This document shows, in pieces, positions 13,622 through 27,920 of a stretch of 64,000 bases of DNA. Source of the stretch: Eledone cirrhosa (lineage: Eukaryota); assembly GCA_964016885.1 (NCBI GenBank), contig OZ024744.1, positions 38,812,001 to 38,876,000 of the forward strand. Reading direction: 5' to 3'. Made by a program: the position numbers and the translations under genes. Every line of letters starts with the position of its first letter. The first letter of the stretch is position 1. The notes beneath the pieces were generated by a model. That model did no database searches. It was given only the letters and a program-made list of their open reading frames with translations, and was not told the DNA's origin.

Positions 13622-14355
13622 TATGAAGGTTTGCGGAAACGTTCACAGGCTGACCAAGATACGCCCATGGAATGTGACCAAATGAGGTTTATTTCTCAAT
13701 ATAGTCCCCTTTGCTATCCACACACTTCTTCCGGCGGTGTTTCAGTCCTTGGATTCCAAAGTCATCAACAACGGATATGACGTCATCGTCACTGCAATAC
13801 AGTTTCCCTGCCAAGTGTTTTTCGTGTTGGGGAACAGATGATAAACAGATGGGGCTAAATCACAAGAATAAGGAGGGTGATGAACCAGTTGAAAGCCACA
13901 GACACTTACTGCAGCCATTGAAACCAAAGACTTGTGGGCTGGAGAAATACCCTGATGAAACAAGACCCCTTTCGTCAGTTTTCCTGGGCATTTGGTGTTG
14001 TTAGCCTTTCGTAACTACCTCAGCAAGTTGACATAGTACCCTCCTTTGAAGGTGTGGCACTTTTAAAGAGAATCAATAAACACAATGCCTTTTGCATCTC
14101 AAAAAGCTGATGTCACCAACTTCCCAGCAGATGAAACGACCATGGCCTTCTTTCGGGTAGGTGAGGAGGCGTGTTTCCACTGCATAGATTATCTCTTTGT
14201 CTCTGGCTGGGTTAGGAAATATTCAAGGAAACCTGCTGGATCCACCTCAAACAACGTCAGATTTTCCCATGATGTGATCAGCTTGGTGCACATTTGATCA
14301 CGAGTCAGAAGACGTGGTACCGACCGAGCAGAAGCCTTCGTCATGCCAAGTTCAT
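13622..14355 (-). mobile_element. Degenerate mariner transposase, C-terminal part
   Basis: FHQGISPAH...HPPYSCDLAPS (YSPDLAP motif); stops and frameshifts. Confidence 0.8.
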
Positions 14356-14639
14356 GCATAGTTTATATAGGGGTAGGTTCTTATCTATTGTATAGGATAT
14401 ATAATCATCCCAGTCGTCTTTAAAATATCGATTAAAAATTATATCTAGCCAATAAAATCAACAGGTTTAAATTGTTAATACATTAACCACGGCCACACCA
14501 CTTTCTGTTTACACGAAAGAATAACAACTTCAGTGAATAGTTTTAGCTTCGTTTGCTTCTAATTATTTATTACATGAACAATAGAGATCTTAAAAATACG
14601 AGTACATCATCTTTTTCAAGGTAGTTACATTGCTTTTCA

Positions 14640-15245
14640 GCATCTTCCCAGAATCTTATTTATGACCCCAGAAGAAAAAAATGTTTGGGGCTGAGATATG
14701 AGAACCACATATACACATTTACTTTCCGACTCGTATTGTTGTATCCATACTCCTCCAACAGTGATGATGTATTTTAACAACTTATTATAGCAATCCAAAA
14801 TAATTCGTTGGCAAACTTCAAAACGATTCTGTTTGTGCAATTCCGTGAATTGTTTTGGTTCACATCTTATAAAAACTTTACTAAAGCCAAGTTTTTTGCG
14901 GATTATTACATAGGCATAACTATGACTAATTTTCATATTATTTACCACTTCATCAATAGCTACCGGCTTGTTCAATGCAGCCATCTCACTCACTCGTTCT
15001 ATGTTTAATCAGCAGAAGACGTGGTCGGGCATCCGAATATTTCTTGTTACATAAAACTTGTGCAACCACTTTTTTGAAATGTTCAATCCAATTGTAAACA
15101 GCCCGAATAAATGAAACATTGTTCCTATTGATGAAAAAAGGAACGAACGAATTGATCTTAAATCGTTATGGAGTCTTAGAGACTCCATTCTGACGCATGA
15201 AATGTCTTGAGCTGAGACAATCCTCACCTGGTCGGAACACAACTG
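14640..15245 (-). mobile_element. Degenerate mariner transposase, N-terminal part
   Basis: IIRKKLGFSKVFIRCEPKQFT (WVPR-like) and IITVGGVWIQQYESESK (TGDETW-like). Confidence 0.65.
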
Positions 15246-15414
15246 ATTTCTTCCTGGGAAGAAGAGCAAGCAAGAAAAAGGGATGAAGAGAGATACAAAA
15301 ATACTCAACCTCAGTACGAGCCTGGTACCTTATTTACTAACGTCAAAAGGCTGGAAGGCAAAGTTGACATCGATAATATTTGAACTTAGAGTTTAATGAG
15401 TCGGAACACATACC

Positions 15415-16047
15415 CAGGGTTGTAATCCGACAAAGTTCCTCAAATTACCTCAACTCAACCCTTTAGAACCACCAGGAAGGCCTCCACATGTCATTCACCT
15501 TCAAGAAGGAGCTCCCATCATGTTATTGCGGAATTTGGACTCACCCAGGCTATGCAACGACACTCGATTAGTTGTGGAAAATATGTATCCACACATGATT
15601 CAAGCCACCATTTCAACAGGATGTGGTAAAGGAGAGGATATCTTCGTTCCAATAATTCCTCTTACCCCCCACTGATGTCCCATTTCAATTCAAACGACTT
15701 CGATTTCCAGTGATTCCTCGTTTTGACATAACCATCAACAAATCACAAGGACAAACATGTCCGTTTGCCGGTTTATACGTTGAAGATCCCTGCTTACCCA
15801 TGGTCAGCTTTACGTTGGATGTTCAAGAGTAGGAAGTCAAAAAAATCTTTGCATCTATGCGCCAGATGGAAAGACAACAAACATTGTTTATAAAAGCATT
15901 ATAAATTGACCAAATTAATAAAGAAATTCATTCTCATCAAGGGAACTATCCTTTGGGGAGACAAAGTCTGACATGGAGTAAAAAAAAAGTTGAAATAAAG
16001 GCATACTATTGTGATTATTGCCCGGCTACGACGAGTTACTCAGCTAG
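15415..16047 (+). mobile_element. Helitron 3' fragment: Pif1-like helicase C-terminus plus terminus
   Basis: [30 protein letters not shown]...FKRLRFPV...TINKSQGQT...HGQLYVGCSRV (frameshifted); imperfect subterminal hairpin and CTAG at 16044-16047. Confidence 0.9.
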
Positions 16048-16050
16048 TAT

Positions 16051-16522
16051 ATCGAATCGTCTGCCCCCTATCAATAATTTGCAGTATAATACCGCAACAT
16101 AGTTTCTCGTGTGAGGACGGGGGAGACTATGCCTAGACTATGTCTAGAATTATTGACGGGGTAAAAGAATCCATTCTTTGTTGTATCTCCCGCAATTGGG
16201 ACCCTTCTCTTTTGTCACTGCTGCTACTGTTATTTACGCCTGTTGTTGTAACTGCGCCCTTTTGAACAGCAAAGGCCTTTCTTTCGTCGATCGCGACCTG
16301 TGACGGACGTCTCCCATTGCTCTCTCATTCTTCTTTTCTAGCGTTCGAACAACAGAGATTTTATTCCTGTTGCGAGGTCAATAATTCTAGACATAGTCTA
16401 GTTAAAGCCCCCCCCCCACCCACCCACCACCACCACCACACACACACACACTCACACTCACACGAGAAACTGTGTGGCGGTATTATACTGCGAATTATTG
16501 ATAGGGGACCGATAATTCGATA
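16051..16522. mobile_element. MITE-like element with about 110-bp imperfect TIRs
   Basis: 16051-16158 is the reverse complement of 16377-16522 apart from a (CA)-rich insert; no ORF. Confidence 0.7.
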
Positions 16523-16628
16523 ACGCTAAGTACCTTGTTCATGTTTATCTATTCCCTCCATCTTTCTACCCAACTCTCTGTCTTTCTCCATCGTTCTAGT
16601 CCCCATTTCTCTCCTCATCTCCTCTTCC

Positions 16629-16689
<61 letters not shown>

Positions 16690-17045
16690 CTCTCTCACTC
16701 TCTCTCTCTCTCTCTCTCTATAACCTTCTCATTTCTCGTCTCTCTCTCTCTCTCTCACGCTCTCCATTCGATTTGTGATTATATCTTAACAAAAAAAAAA
16801 AAAAAATTTCAGCTGGTAACGGGTATCTTTCGCGCTGAGAATACTCAAATTTCGCGAATATATATATATATAGGAAAAAGTTTAACCCCGACGGCAGAGC
16901 ACAACTACCCTAAGTATTGAGTACTCTGGTGCGTTATGGTCCATCTGGTTCCTTACCACACCTCCTTCGTTATATATATATATACTTTTAGTCCAGAATT
17001 AGCCGTCGAAACGGCTTGAGCTCAGCCGTCGGGCTCATACTTGTT

Positions 17046-17098
<53 letters not shown>

Positions 17099-17421
17099 GT
17101 GTGTGTGTGTGCGTGCATTTGTCTGTATTGATATATGAATATAGGTATATATTATTACATGATAATAAACACTTTATAGTTTGGGCTTAGCCAAAGGTCA
17201 GCCCTAATTCAAGAGACATGCTCAAAAGCCTTCCAGGCGTGACCATCAAATTTTCACCCTAACCCCAACACCAAGTACATTATACAAAAAGCAAAGAAAA
17301 TTTCAATGATACGAAAGATTTCCTGGGGGAAGTTCAGGTGTACTCCGGGTTGGTATCCAGATTCGAGGTGAAAATCCGATCAGAAAATCTAACGAATGTT
17401 GAGAGGTCCACGTAAGCGTTG

Positions 17422-17519
<98 letters not shown>

Positions 17520-18635
17520 GCTAAACAGAAATAACAACACATTCGGTACAGCATATGGAAGGGATATATTAGGTTAACGCTTGATATAGCAAGAAGAGCG
17601 TCTTAACGTTTCGGACGCTAGTCCTTCATCAAAAGAAAGAATGAGAAATAAGATAGATTGAGGGAACGGGCGGGATGGAATTTGAAAAAAATGTCTTTAG
17701 ATAAAAATAACAGATAAATTCACCTATATTTCCCAATGTTTATATATTTCTTTATCTAAGAGAATGATATAGGGCCTCATTCACCCACTGTTTCTTTAAA
17801 CGTTTATTTGTTTTATTTTTCAACACCTAAATAAAGGAGTGAAGATGCGTAGCTTAATGAACAGAGTTTAGAATTTACGATTCCAGATCGCAACCGTGCT
17901 CTGTCCATTAGCAAGGCACTTCATTTCACTTCGCTGCAGTTCATTTAGCTAGAAATGTGTACAAGCAGCAGCTGAGGGTTATTCCTGCAATGGAGTGGTG
18001 TCTAGTTAAAGGAAAAGGCTGGTATCTAATCTCAGACACTTAACTCCCGTGAAACTTCGAAATGCTCCGCTCCGTGCTTCGTCCAGCTCGGGAAACATCT
18101 AAGAATAGACGTAAAACAATAACACTAATTCTAACTTAGTCAATGAACATACGCACTCTAAATTGAAAATGGAATTTCCAGCGCACAGCTGTATATACGT
18201 TTAGCCGTTTTCCTATGACGTTATAACTCATAAGACGTTCCTGATGTGTTTTAATGATAGGACTGGTGACTCTTATCAAGAAAATAACGTAAAATGGAGC
18301 ATCTTGCTTAAAAGCGCAACGCACTGCTCGGTCCAGGACTCGAATCCATGATCTTATTATCATAATTTCAATACTACAGCTACTAAGGCACGCACTTGCA
18401 CTTTAAATAAATCAGGCCAGTAGACATGGCCGGAATAATATAAATCTTTGTCAGTCACAAAGTTGCCTCAGTTAAACAACTAATCCAATCCGCTGTCCAA
18501 CAGGTGCAAAGCTTCTATAGTTAGACACGTCCATTCTTGACGTGACAGGAAATCAAATTTTCCAGAGACAATCACTTTGGTGCACTATTCAAAAAAATTC
18601 CACACCCACACCCATTCATACACACGTAAACGCAC

Positions 18636-18684
<49 letters not shown>

Positions 18685-18923
18685 TATTTCTTTATTAGCC
18701 ACACGGGCACAAAAGAAGGGGACAAATACAAAGGGGGAAGTTTACATACAATAAAAACGTGTAAAATGTTATCACAGATGGAATTTAAAAGTTAGTCGAT
18801 TTTCCCCAATAGAGGGAGACAGTTTATATGGGTAACACATACCCCCGAAAAAAAATGTGCAACCCTCATCTCCAGGAGTACGAAGAGCTTGTACTCATTC
18901 CTCTCCTCCTCCTTTTCCTCAAC

Positions 18924-21900
18924 CTACAGGCTGATATAGAGAGAAGGCCCATTCACTCGGGCTATTCTCGCCACTTTCACCCACCTTTCATAAAACTTGC
19001 TGGGGTACAGCACCTCTCTCTCCATCCTGACTCTTCTTCCAAAGTGGTATTTGAAAAAAAGAATCAGTTGTTGGCCGGAGAGAAAGGTGTCTGACCTCAG
19101 CCCTTTCAACCTTGTCCACCATACAACCTCTTTCGCCATAGCTATCACACAAAGGAAAACCGCCTCTCCTTCGTTTTTGAAGGAGGGTGGCGGTTTGATC
19201 ATGACAATGGACTCGGTGGTCAACTGGATTGGTCCCACCCGCGACAATAGTCGTTCTACATAGCCCCACAGGTCAGTGACGCCCGGGCAGTGTATGAATG
19301 CGTGCGCGACGGTTTCTTCGTCTCGCACGCACCTCGGACAGATCTTTTTTGCAGGGTCCCTGCCCGGGCGCCCATGTCTGTAGAGCTTGTCTCGAACTGG
19401 TAGAGCTCCTCGGTAGCACTGCCAGGCCAGGGACTTTTGGAAGTTGTCCATCGGTCCCGGGCGGAAGGTCCTACCGAACAGACTGGCCAGTTCATCTTCC
19501 TCTACGCCTAGAGTTTCACCGAGCGCGTCGTCGCACTTGCTGCGGACCAACCCTCTATAGAATGACGAAGTGGAGTCTCCACTGATCGCCGGGTCCGCCT
19601 GCCAGAGGGCTGTGAGCGCCTGAGCACATTCGATGTGCCAGTCGCCCATTTTCCTCGGTCTTTGCTTGAACCAGGACTGCAGTTCGGTCAGCGAGACGAG
19701 TCGTGGGAAGGCTCGCCTCACGAACGGGGCCCACACCGGTTGTCTGGTGAGGAATACGTACAGATGCCGCAGCCTGAGCGCGTGTTTGCGCATCGTCAAC
19801 CACGGCATCCCCATCCCTCCGTTAGAAGGGTGTTGGCAGCAGATGGATCTTCTCACCAAAGGAGCCCGCCTCTTCCAAAGGAATCGGAAGAGCGCGCGCT
19901 CCATTTTGGCGAGCGTTTTGGCTGGACAAGGCACGACGGTGAAGCGGTAGTAGATGGCGGACGCTATAAAAGTGTTCGCCACCTCCATTCGACCTTTCAA
20001 GTATAGTTTGCACTCGGCCCATTTCTGGGTGAGTGCAAAGACCTTGGCCGTCACTTCGTTCCAAACCAGACCCCGAGCAGCTTTACCGGTCCTTCCGTCT
20101 AGCGTCCGACGACGCCATCGGAAGGCATCGGTTTGCCTCTCCACGATCCGAGTTGCAAACCGATGGACTTGTCCCGGTTCAGCTTCGCTCCTGTGAGACT
20201 TTCGTATTCCTTCAGTAAGGTGCCGACTTCCTCGATTTGCGAGGCGCTCGACACCATTACTGCCACGTCGTCGGCGTAGGCCGACGCCGCTTTGCGCAGT
20301 CCCAGTTCCAGAGGGATGCCCTGCAATAGCTCCAGCTTCCGCAATAGTGGCTCGAGAGTCAGTACGTACAGAAGGGAGGAGAGAGAGCATCCCTGTCGAA
20401 TGGATCGCGTAATATGGAACGGCTCCGAGAGGTAGCCGTTCACCTTGACCCTTGAGCAGATGTTGCTGTCGTGCATTGCAGCAATCTAGCCCCTGAACAC
20501 GGGTCCGAAGCCTGTCGCCTCGAGCACCACATCCAGGTAACGATGGTCAACCCTATCGAAATCCTTAGACTGATCCAAGTTGATCAGGGCCCCACCGAAG
20601 CCGGGTTTACAGCCTACCCTCTCTATGATGTATCGCATGAGGTGGAGGTTGTCGTGTATGGACCTGGTCGGGATTGCGCATGTCTCTGCTTCTCCCACCA
20701 GGTTCTCGACGACAAGCGCCAGCCTCTTTGCCAACACCTTGGCCAAAATCTGTAACTCTGTGTTTAGCAGAGTTATGGGCCGGAAGTTGCCTATGTCATC
20801 CCCCTTATTCTCGTCCTTCCTGATTAGTGTGACCACGCCCCTGGTTACAGAACTGGGAATTCTCCCGTTCTGTTGCGAGTTGCAGTAGACCGCTTCCAGG
20901 AGACCGGAGAATAAGTCCGGCATTGCTACGTAAAATTCGTAGGGTAGACCGTCGAGACCTGGAGATTTGCGTTTGCCGCATTGGCTCAGCGCGTCCCCTA
21001 TCTCAGTGGCTGAAATCGGCTTTTCGCAGAACTTTGCCTCGCTGTCCGAGAGTCGCGGTAGGCCGTTGAGGAATGGACCGAAATCCATAGCCTCTCCCGG
21101 CGCGCCGCCGCCCCCGAACAGCTGATCAAATTGCCGTTGAAAAGCCGCACACATCTGCTTCGGCTCACGTATCACGCGTCCGTTTTGGTCCTTCAAAGAC
21201 CGAATCGTGGACTTGTTGCCACTTTTTGCCTCCGTCACTCGGGCCCAGCTAACAGCTTTGGCTCCCTCGTTTCCCAGAGCACGTATTTTGCTTCTGACAA
21301 CGCAGCCCTCGTGCTTTGCGTCAAAGAACTGGTCCAAGGCCGTTCTCGTTGCTAGCACGCTGGCTACGTTGCCACTTCTAATTGCCTCTTCTACTTTATC
21401 TACCAGTTGATTCTCGGTTCTATTTCTATCTAACGCTAATTCTTTACTAAAAACTATCGAGTCTAATCTAACTGCCCTCTTGAGAGAGTACCACCATCTG
21501 TTGTTGACAATGGCCCTTGTCAAGTGCTGTTTAACTAAAGTGCTAATCCGTCTACTGTAGGCTTTGCTTGTAGGTAACGACAAGTTCAGCTTCTAGTAGC
21601 CGGGTCCTTGTCTATGGGTTCTATCAAGGTTGGCCATGCAGGTCACTAGTTTGTGATCTGAATAGGCAACCATGAACATTTGTGGACAGCTTAACATGTC
21701 CCTATCCTTATTTCTAACTAGAACCCTATCTAGGTACGATCTAGATGTTCCGCTACGATTACTCCACGTCCACAGTGGCGCAGTCGGAAAATCTAGTCGA
21801 TATCTATCGGCCAGGTCAAATCGGTCGATTAACTGTTTGAGGCTGTTACACCCCCCTTTATCGGGACATGCTCCCTCATAGTCCAAACGTGCATCTAGGA

Positions 21901-22333
21901 TTCCATTCCAGTCCCCCACTAAAAGCAAGGAGCGGGACGTTCCCAGAAAAGTCTCTAGACGTTTGAAGAAGTCTGGCCGCGGTGTCTCGGATGGGGCATA
22001 TGCGGCCACCAGCCTGAAGGCTCCACCTTCACTACCGTCAACGTCTAGGACCACCAGTCGACCCTCCGGGTCCAGATGTACCGTCTGTGTTACGAGGCCC
22101 AGGTGTTTCCGCAGCAAAACAGCTTCTCCGCCCCCACCCCCCGGTTGACAGAGAGATGCGAAGATCTCAAAGTCATCGAAGATGGGGGACAGCTGTCGCT
22201 CGACGTGGATCCTGGACTCGCAAATGGCTACCACATCCATACTGTGCGACCTGAGGTCGTTTAAGAGTTTGCCCTGTTTCCAGGGCATCCCCAGGCCGCG
22301 TACGTTCACACATCCAACTCTTATATTGGCCAT
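18924..22333 (-). pseudogene. ORF2: APE endonuclease, RT and C-terminal zinc motif, disrupted
   Basis: NVRGL, GDWN, SYLD, SDH (APE); PGLDG, FRPITLLN, RQGCSLS, AYADD (RT); CPRC..ETVAHAFIHC; TGG>TAG stops at 21593 and 20486 plus frameshifts near 20070-20190. Confidence 0.92.
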
Positions 22334-22366
22334 GTTGGTGCTGAAAAGTTAAAAGAGGAAAAGAGA

Positions 22367-24279
22367 TCACTCACCCTTCGCCTCCTGGGGACCAGGCCGC
22401 ACGATTTCCATGGGGGTGTTGGAGGGGTTGTCTGGATGGGTGGTGGTTTCCGGCGGGGTGGGGACGCAGATGTTTGGTGGGGTGGGGTTTGGTGGGATGG
22501 GGATGTCTGGGGTCGGGAGACATTTGAGAAGGACGCGGTTGAGTGGTTTCACGCAGGAATTCCCCACATCCTTCTCAAATGTTTCTTTTAGGGACCTATA
22601 AGTTTGTATAGGGACCCTAATCAGTTTTAGGTTCAGTTTTTTGCTATTTTTAATAGAGTGAGCGAAAGTTTTCCCTTCGGTTTTCACCGAAGGGACGTTC
22701 GTGATGGTCTCCATTAGTGTTTTGTTTTCAGTGTTTATGTAAGTGTAAGTGTAATTTTCTTGTGTTGTGTTTGTTTTTGTCTGTAGTTCTTGTGTGTGCT
22801 TTCGTTTTGTTGTAGGTATTTTGTTTTCATGAGGTGGGGGTTTTGTTTGTGATGTTTTTGTTGTTTGTGTTGGTGGTTGTATGTTTGTGGTAGTGTTTGC
22901 TGGTTTTTTGCTTTTGTGATGTCTTTTCTTTCTTTTCGAGCGATGGGGTTCTCCCTCGTCTTCACTGGGTGATGGCGAGATAGCCTCATCTGTTGCATCG
23001 TCTGTGTGATTGGGGAGGGGTTTGTTTTGGGGAGCTGTTGTGTCTGTATGTGATTTTGCAGTGGTTTTAGGTGGAGTGGGGTTGGGTGGGATTGTGTTTG
23101 TTGTGGTTATTTGTGTGTGTTGGGGTTGTTGTTGTGGTGGTGTTGGTGGTTGTGTTGTTTTGATGGGTGTCGGCAGAAGAGCCTTTTTTGGTTCATTAAT
23201 TTAGGACAGGAAGCCCTCAGGTGACCCCTGCTAAAGCAATGGTAACATGAAGGCCGCCCACCCTCAACCGAAAAGTTTATGTAGGTGAGACCGTCCAGGA
23301 GTACACGTTGTGGGATCATAGCTATTCGCTCTGGGTTCATTTGCACCAGAACTTCAATGCTATTCCCATTGAATACATCTCTGGGGGACTTGCCTACTGA
23401 CAGTATTCTGTCTTCATCAAAATTGATGAAGCCGCACAGTATCCACCATATGTTCACCTTTGGTGTGACACTCGTGATTCTGATCTTTTGTGTCCTTTTT
23501 CCCATGTATGTAGGGAAAAAGGTGTACAGGTTGGATACAATTGGCGACACAGAGTAATTTTGGGCCGTCAATTGATCCTTCATGAGTACCGAAATACTCC
23601 CAAAAAGTTTGCTTCTTTGAATGAATGCAATATCATTCATTGAAGTTTTGAAAACCATTTCAATTTCTTTCTGTGACAATTGGACTGGTTTTCGGGTAGA
23701 ATTGGAAACTGTCCTAAAAACTATCGTTTTGAGAGCAGTTTCCTTGCGAATTTCTACCGGAGAATTGATGCTGAAAGCACCATTTTTTTCGAAAGTGACA
23801 TATCTCTTAGCGTCCTTTAAAAGGTGTTCAGCATTTGTTATGTCGAGATATATCAATTCTTCCTTCTTTTGAACTTTCTCTGCAAAGGAGATTTTTGGTT
23901 TCTTTGTGGAATCCGTATTGGTGGTGTTGTCATTATTGTTGTTATTCTTGTTGTTATTCTTGTTGTCACCGATGTTGGTATCATCCGTATTTTCCTTGGT
24001 GTTGTTGTTGTCTTTGATGCTGGTGTTATTGGTGTTGTCTCTATTTTTTTCTTTGTTGTTGTTATCATTGTTGCTTTTATCATCATTATTGGTGTTGCTG
24101 TTATTTTTGTTGTCATTGAATTGTTTGGTGTCATTTGTGTTGTTTGGATATGAATTCGTTTTCACATTTTCATTTCGTCTTTCCATCTCTATAGTATCTA
24201 GTGAAGAAGACGTTGTTGACTGCGAGCTTTGTAGTCTTACCGCCTCTCCACCACCATTATCGTTGGACGCAGCGTTCAT
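22367..24279 (-). pseudogene. ORF1 (gag-like, CCHC knuckle), frameshifted
   Basis: SFAEKV motif, CYHCFSRGHLRASC, N-rich N-terminus and T/P-rich C-terminus split across frames. Confidence 0.8.
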
Positions 24280-24414
24280 AACGTAATCAAAATTTTACAA
24301 TATTTTTTCCAAGACGGGTGGTCAAGTTACACAATGATATAAAATTTAACTAAAAACTCACGTTTTTTTCTTACATAAATTAACGGAAACTTCTCCGCGA
24401 AGTTACACACGTCT

Positions 24415-24517
<103 letters not shown>

Positions 24518-24714
24518 GTAATGGTACCACAGCCTCGTGGAATACAACTGGTGTGAGTTCGTGTTGCACCGACAGCACTGTCCAAATTTTGTCCGTCTTC
24601 AGAGGATTTTATGTCCAAATTATTAAACAATTTTATATAGTCAAAAACGTACGTTGTTGTTGTTAACTTTAAGTTAACATGAATTTAAAATTCGCTCAAC
24701 GGTTCTAAAAATAG

Positions 24715-25000
24715 ATTATTAAAGTGTCGTCGTGACAGTGTCCTCAGACTCGCCTTCCAGAGTTTCCAATCAGAAGCAGCCGTCTCCAAATGAGCCAGCT
24801 GGATCCCCAAGTGAAACATCCGAGTTTATGAATGTTATCTAACAATCTTGCTCGTAGCCTACCTCTAGTTCTCCTGACCGTAAAACCTGCCCAGAGATTC
24901 TTTCCAAAAATGCACTTACCAAATATCCGTAGAATTGTTGACTTCCCCATCCGAACTGCATGTTTCAGAACCCATTTTTGTGAACTTATTGTATTCAAAT
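24715..25000 (-). mobile_element. RTE-like LINE 3' fragment
   Basis: RRTRGRLRARLLDNI resembles the RTE C-terminal GRRxRGRPRxRWxD; highly decayed. Confidence 0.45.
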
Positions 25001-25706
25001 GTTTTAGCTGACGTTATGAATTAGTTGCTGACTAATCAGGCCAGCCGTAGAAAGTTCCATAAAACCCACCAATTGCCTCAAACTGTGTTTACTCTATTCA
25101 CTTCACAAATTATGCATTTTCGTGAAGCTAGCTTAAATTCTGCATGAAACATACATACTTCTTAAAATATCTCTTCACAATCCCTTAACCATTTTCTTTG
25201 ATGGTTGCCAGGAAAATCACTTCTTTCTTCACATATTTCATATGCTTTCAAAAAAGACTTTACACAGTCCTTAAGCCATACATATGTATAAATATATATT
25301 ACTGAGGGAATTAAGGATGCAATTGCTCTCGGTGATGATTTAACCAGTTTCATCTCAGTGGAGAATCATTAGTCAGTTGATTCTTCCCTGAGGAGATTAA
25401 ACAACTTCGTCACTCCGAGGAATACGTCATCTGCCATTCTACACACATGCTGAATACTCTTTTTTCTAGAAGCAGCCGTTACAAGAACATCATCTTTGTC
25501 TGTTACCTTCTCGTTTTAATTTGGATTGTCTCGAGAATGTAACCTTATTATGTAAGAAGTTGTCTGATGCGATCATGACACCGGGTACGCGGAATCACGT
25601 GGCCACTGTCGTCATTGAAATATGTATCAATTAAAGCCTTATCAATAAAGGACTTCAACATCTGAAATTACTTCGCATTTTCTTATTCTCTCTCTTTCTC
25701 GCTCTT

Positions 25707-25752
<46 letters not shown>

Positions 25753-26098
25753 GGGGGGGGGTCTGTGTGTGTATGTATATCTATATATATTGTATATATA
25801 ATAAGGGTGTGTAGTTCTTCTAAATATTCCAAGGTGTTCTTATATTTCATTACACTCAGCAAACTAGCTAAAGGAAAATTGAGAGCCCACAACTACAGTA
25901 TATATTTCTGATAACAAATTAGAGAGTTAAGTGTCATAGAGTCTTACTGACCAATGTAACTGTGAGATAATCATCCACAGCTGCATGTCCAATCGACGTT
26001 TACAGGAAGGCAGGAAGGAATCAAAATTATATTTTGCTGTGAAACAAGAGCAGAGCATTAAAGGAAAGGAAATAGATCAGTAGTATCTATTCTTTTTA

Positions 26099-26230
<132 letters not shown>

Positions 26231-27622
26231 TGTGATGAAGAGGGGTAGGTTGAGCAGAAGTAACGGGATCCAGATACCAACAGGTGAGATGATAAAGGAA
26301 ATTGACTCTGAGGAAGGATACAAGTATTTGGGCGTTCTGGAGGCTGATGGCATAAAGAACAAAAAAATGAAGGAATTGTTAAGAACTGAATACATTCGGA
26401 GAGTAAGGAGCGTATTGAAGTCACATCTGAACAGCAGAAATGCCATAAGCGCAGTAAATTCCCGAGCTGTGTCTATTATTAGGTACAGTGCGGGAATTCT
26501 GAGATGGAATGTTGCTGAACAAAAAGAAATGGATAGGAAGACTAGGAAGCTATTGACTATCTACAACATGTTCCACAAGAGGAGTGATGTCGATAGACTC
26601 TACCTAAGGAGATCTGAGGGTGGAAGAGGTCTTATCAGCATAGAGGACTGTGTTCAGATGGAGAAAAACAACCTATACAAATACGTGACCTATAGTAAGG
26701 AGCCAATGCTCAGAACTGTACTGAAGGAGGGGACAGTAGGCCAGGGGATGTCCAAGGAGGAAATAACATCAAGGAGGAAGAGCAGCCTTAAGGGAAAATC
26801 CCTTCATAGTACCTTCTTTGAGAAAACTGAATTTAGAGATCCACAGACATGGAACTGGTTGAGAAGAGGAGACCTCAAAAAGGCTACAGAAGGAATGCTA
26901 ATGGCTGCGCAGGAGCAGGCCCTCAAAACGAAGTGGTTGAAGCACCATATCTACAAGGAGGAGGCTAGCCCACTGTGCAGGATCTGTGGAGAGAGAGAGG
27001 AGACTGTGGCTCACATTGTGTCCGAGTGTAAACACCTAGCCCAGACCCACTATAAGGGCTGGAGACACGATGTGATGGGCAGGGTGATCCACTGGCACCT
27101 GTGCAAAGTAAACAATTTACCACATTCTGAGAAATGGTATGAGCATAGGCCAGAGGCGGTGATGGAGAACAATCAGGTGAAGGTGCTGTGGGATTTTAGG
27201 ATACAGACGGACAAAAAACTGGAACACAATAGACCTGACCTGGTGGTTGTGGACAAAGAAAAAAGATCGTGTCTGATTGTGGATGTGGCCTGCCCGTTCG
27301 ACACGAGCGTGCAAGAGAAGGAGAGGGAGAAAATTAACCGATACCAGGACCTAAAGTGGGAGGTGAAAAGGATTTGGAACTGCCATGAAGTCAAAGTGAT
27401 CCCGATTGTCATAGGCGCACTGGGGACTATCTCCAAAAGTTTCCAGGGATGGTTAAAGAAAATCGGCCCCTTCACGCTTTTTGGAACGCTTCAAAAGGCA
27501 TGCTTGCTTGGAACAGCAAGAACCCTCCGATACGTCATGAATATCTGAGGCTGCAGGTAGTGGCTTGATATTCAATCCAACGGACTTTCCAGTTAACCAA
27601 CATCAATGACTGAGATTCAAGG
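26231..27622 (+). mobile_element. 5'-truncated R4/Dong-like RLE LINE (copy 1) in (TAA)n
   Basis: Open 438-aa frame: YKYLG, GGRGL, CRIC..ETVAHIVSEC, RHD, RPDLVVVD..DVACP..K..RY; (TAA)n at 26099-26230 and 27623-27676. Confidence 0.88.
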
Positions 27623-27631
27623 AATAACAAC

Positions 27632-27677
<46 letters not shown>

Positions 27678-27920
27678 TTTTTGTTATTAACCACAAGGGT
27701 TCACATAAAGTAGACATTAAGGACAGTACAGGACAATACAGGACGGTACAAATGGGCATTTCTGCGTGTAAAAAAACAGAGGTTGAAATAAAATAACAAA
27801 GAAAAATTCCCCAATAGGGGGGGAGACTTCCAAGGGACATTTGTGGAGAAAGCCCATTAAAAGACCACAGTGGCCCTGACCACCAGGGCAAGTGCCCTCT
27901 CCCAGTTTTCCACCTTTAAT

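Larger units (their letters stand above)
18685..24414 (-). mobile_element. Full-length degenerate Tx1/L1-clade LINE inserted in (GATA)n
   Basis: ORF1 and APE-RT ORF2 remnants; AATAAA just before the 3' (TATC)n; (GATA)n at 18636-18684 and 24415-24517. Confidence 0.92.
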
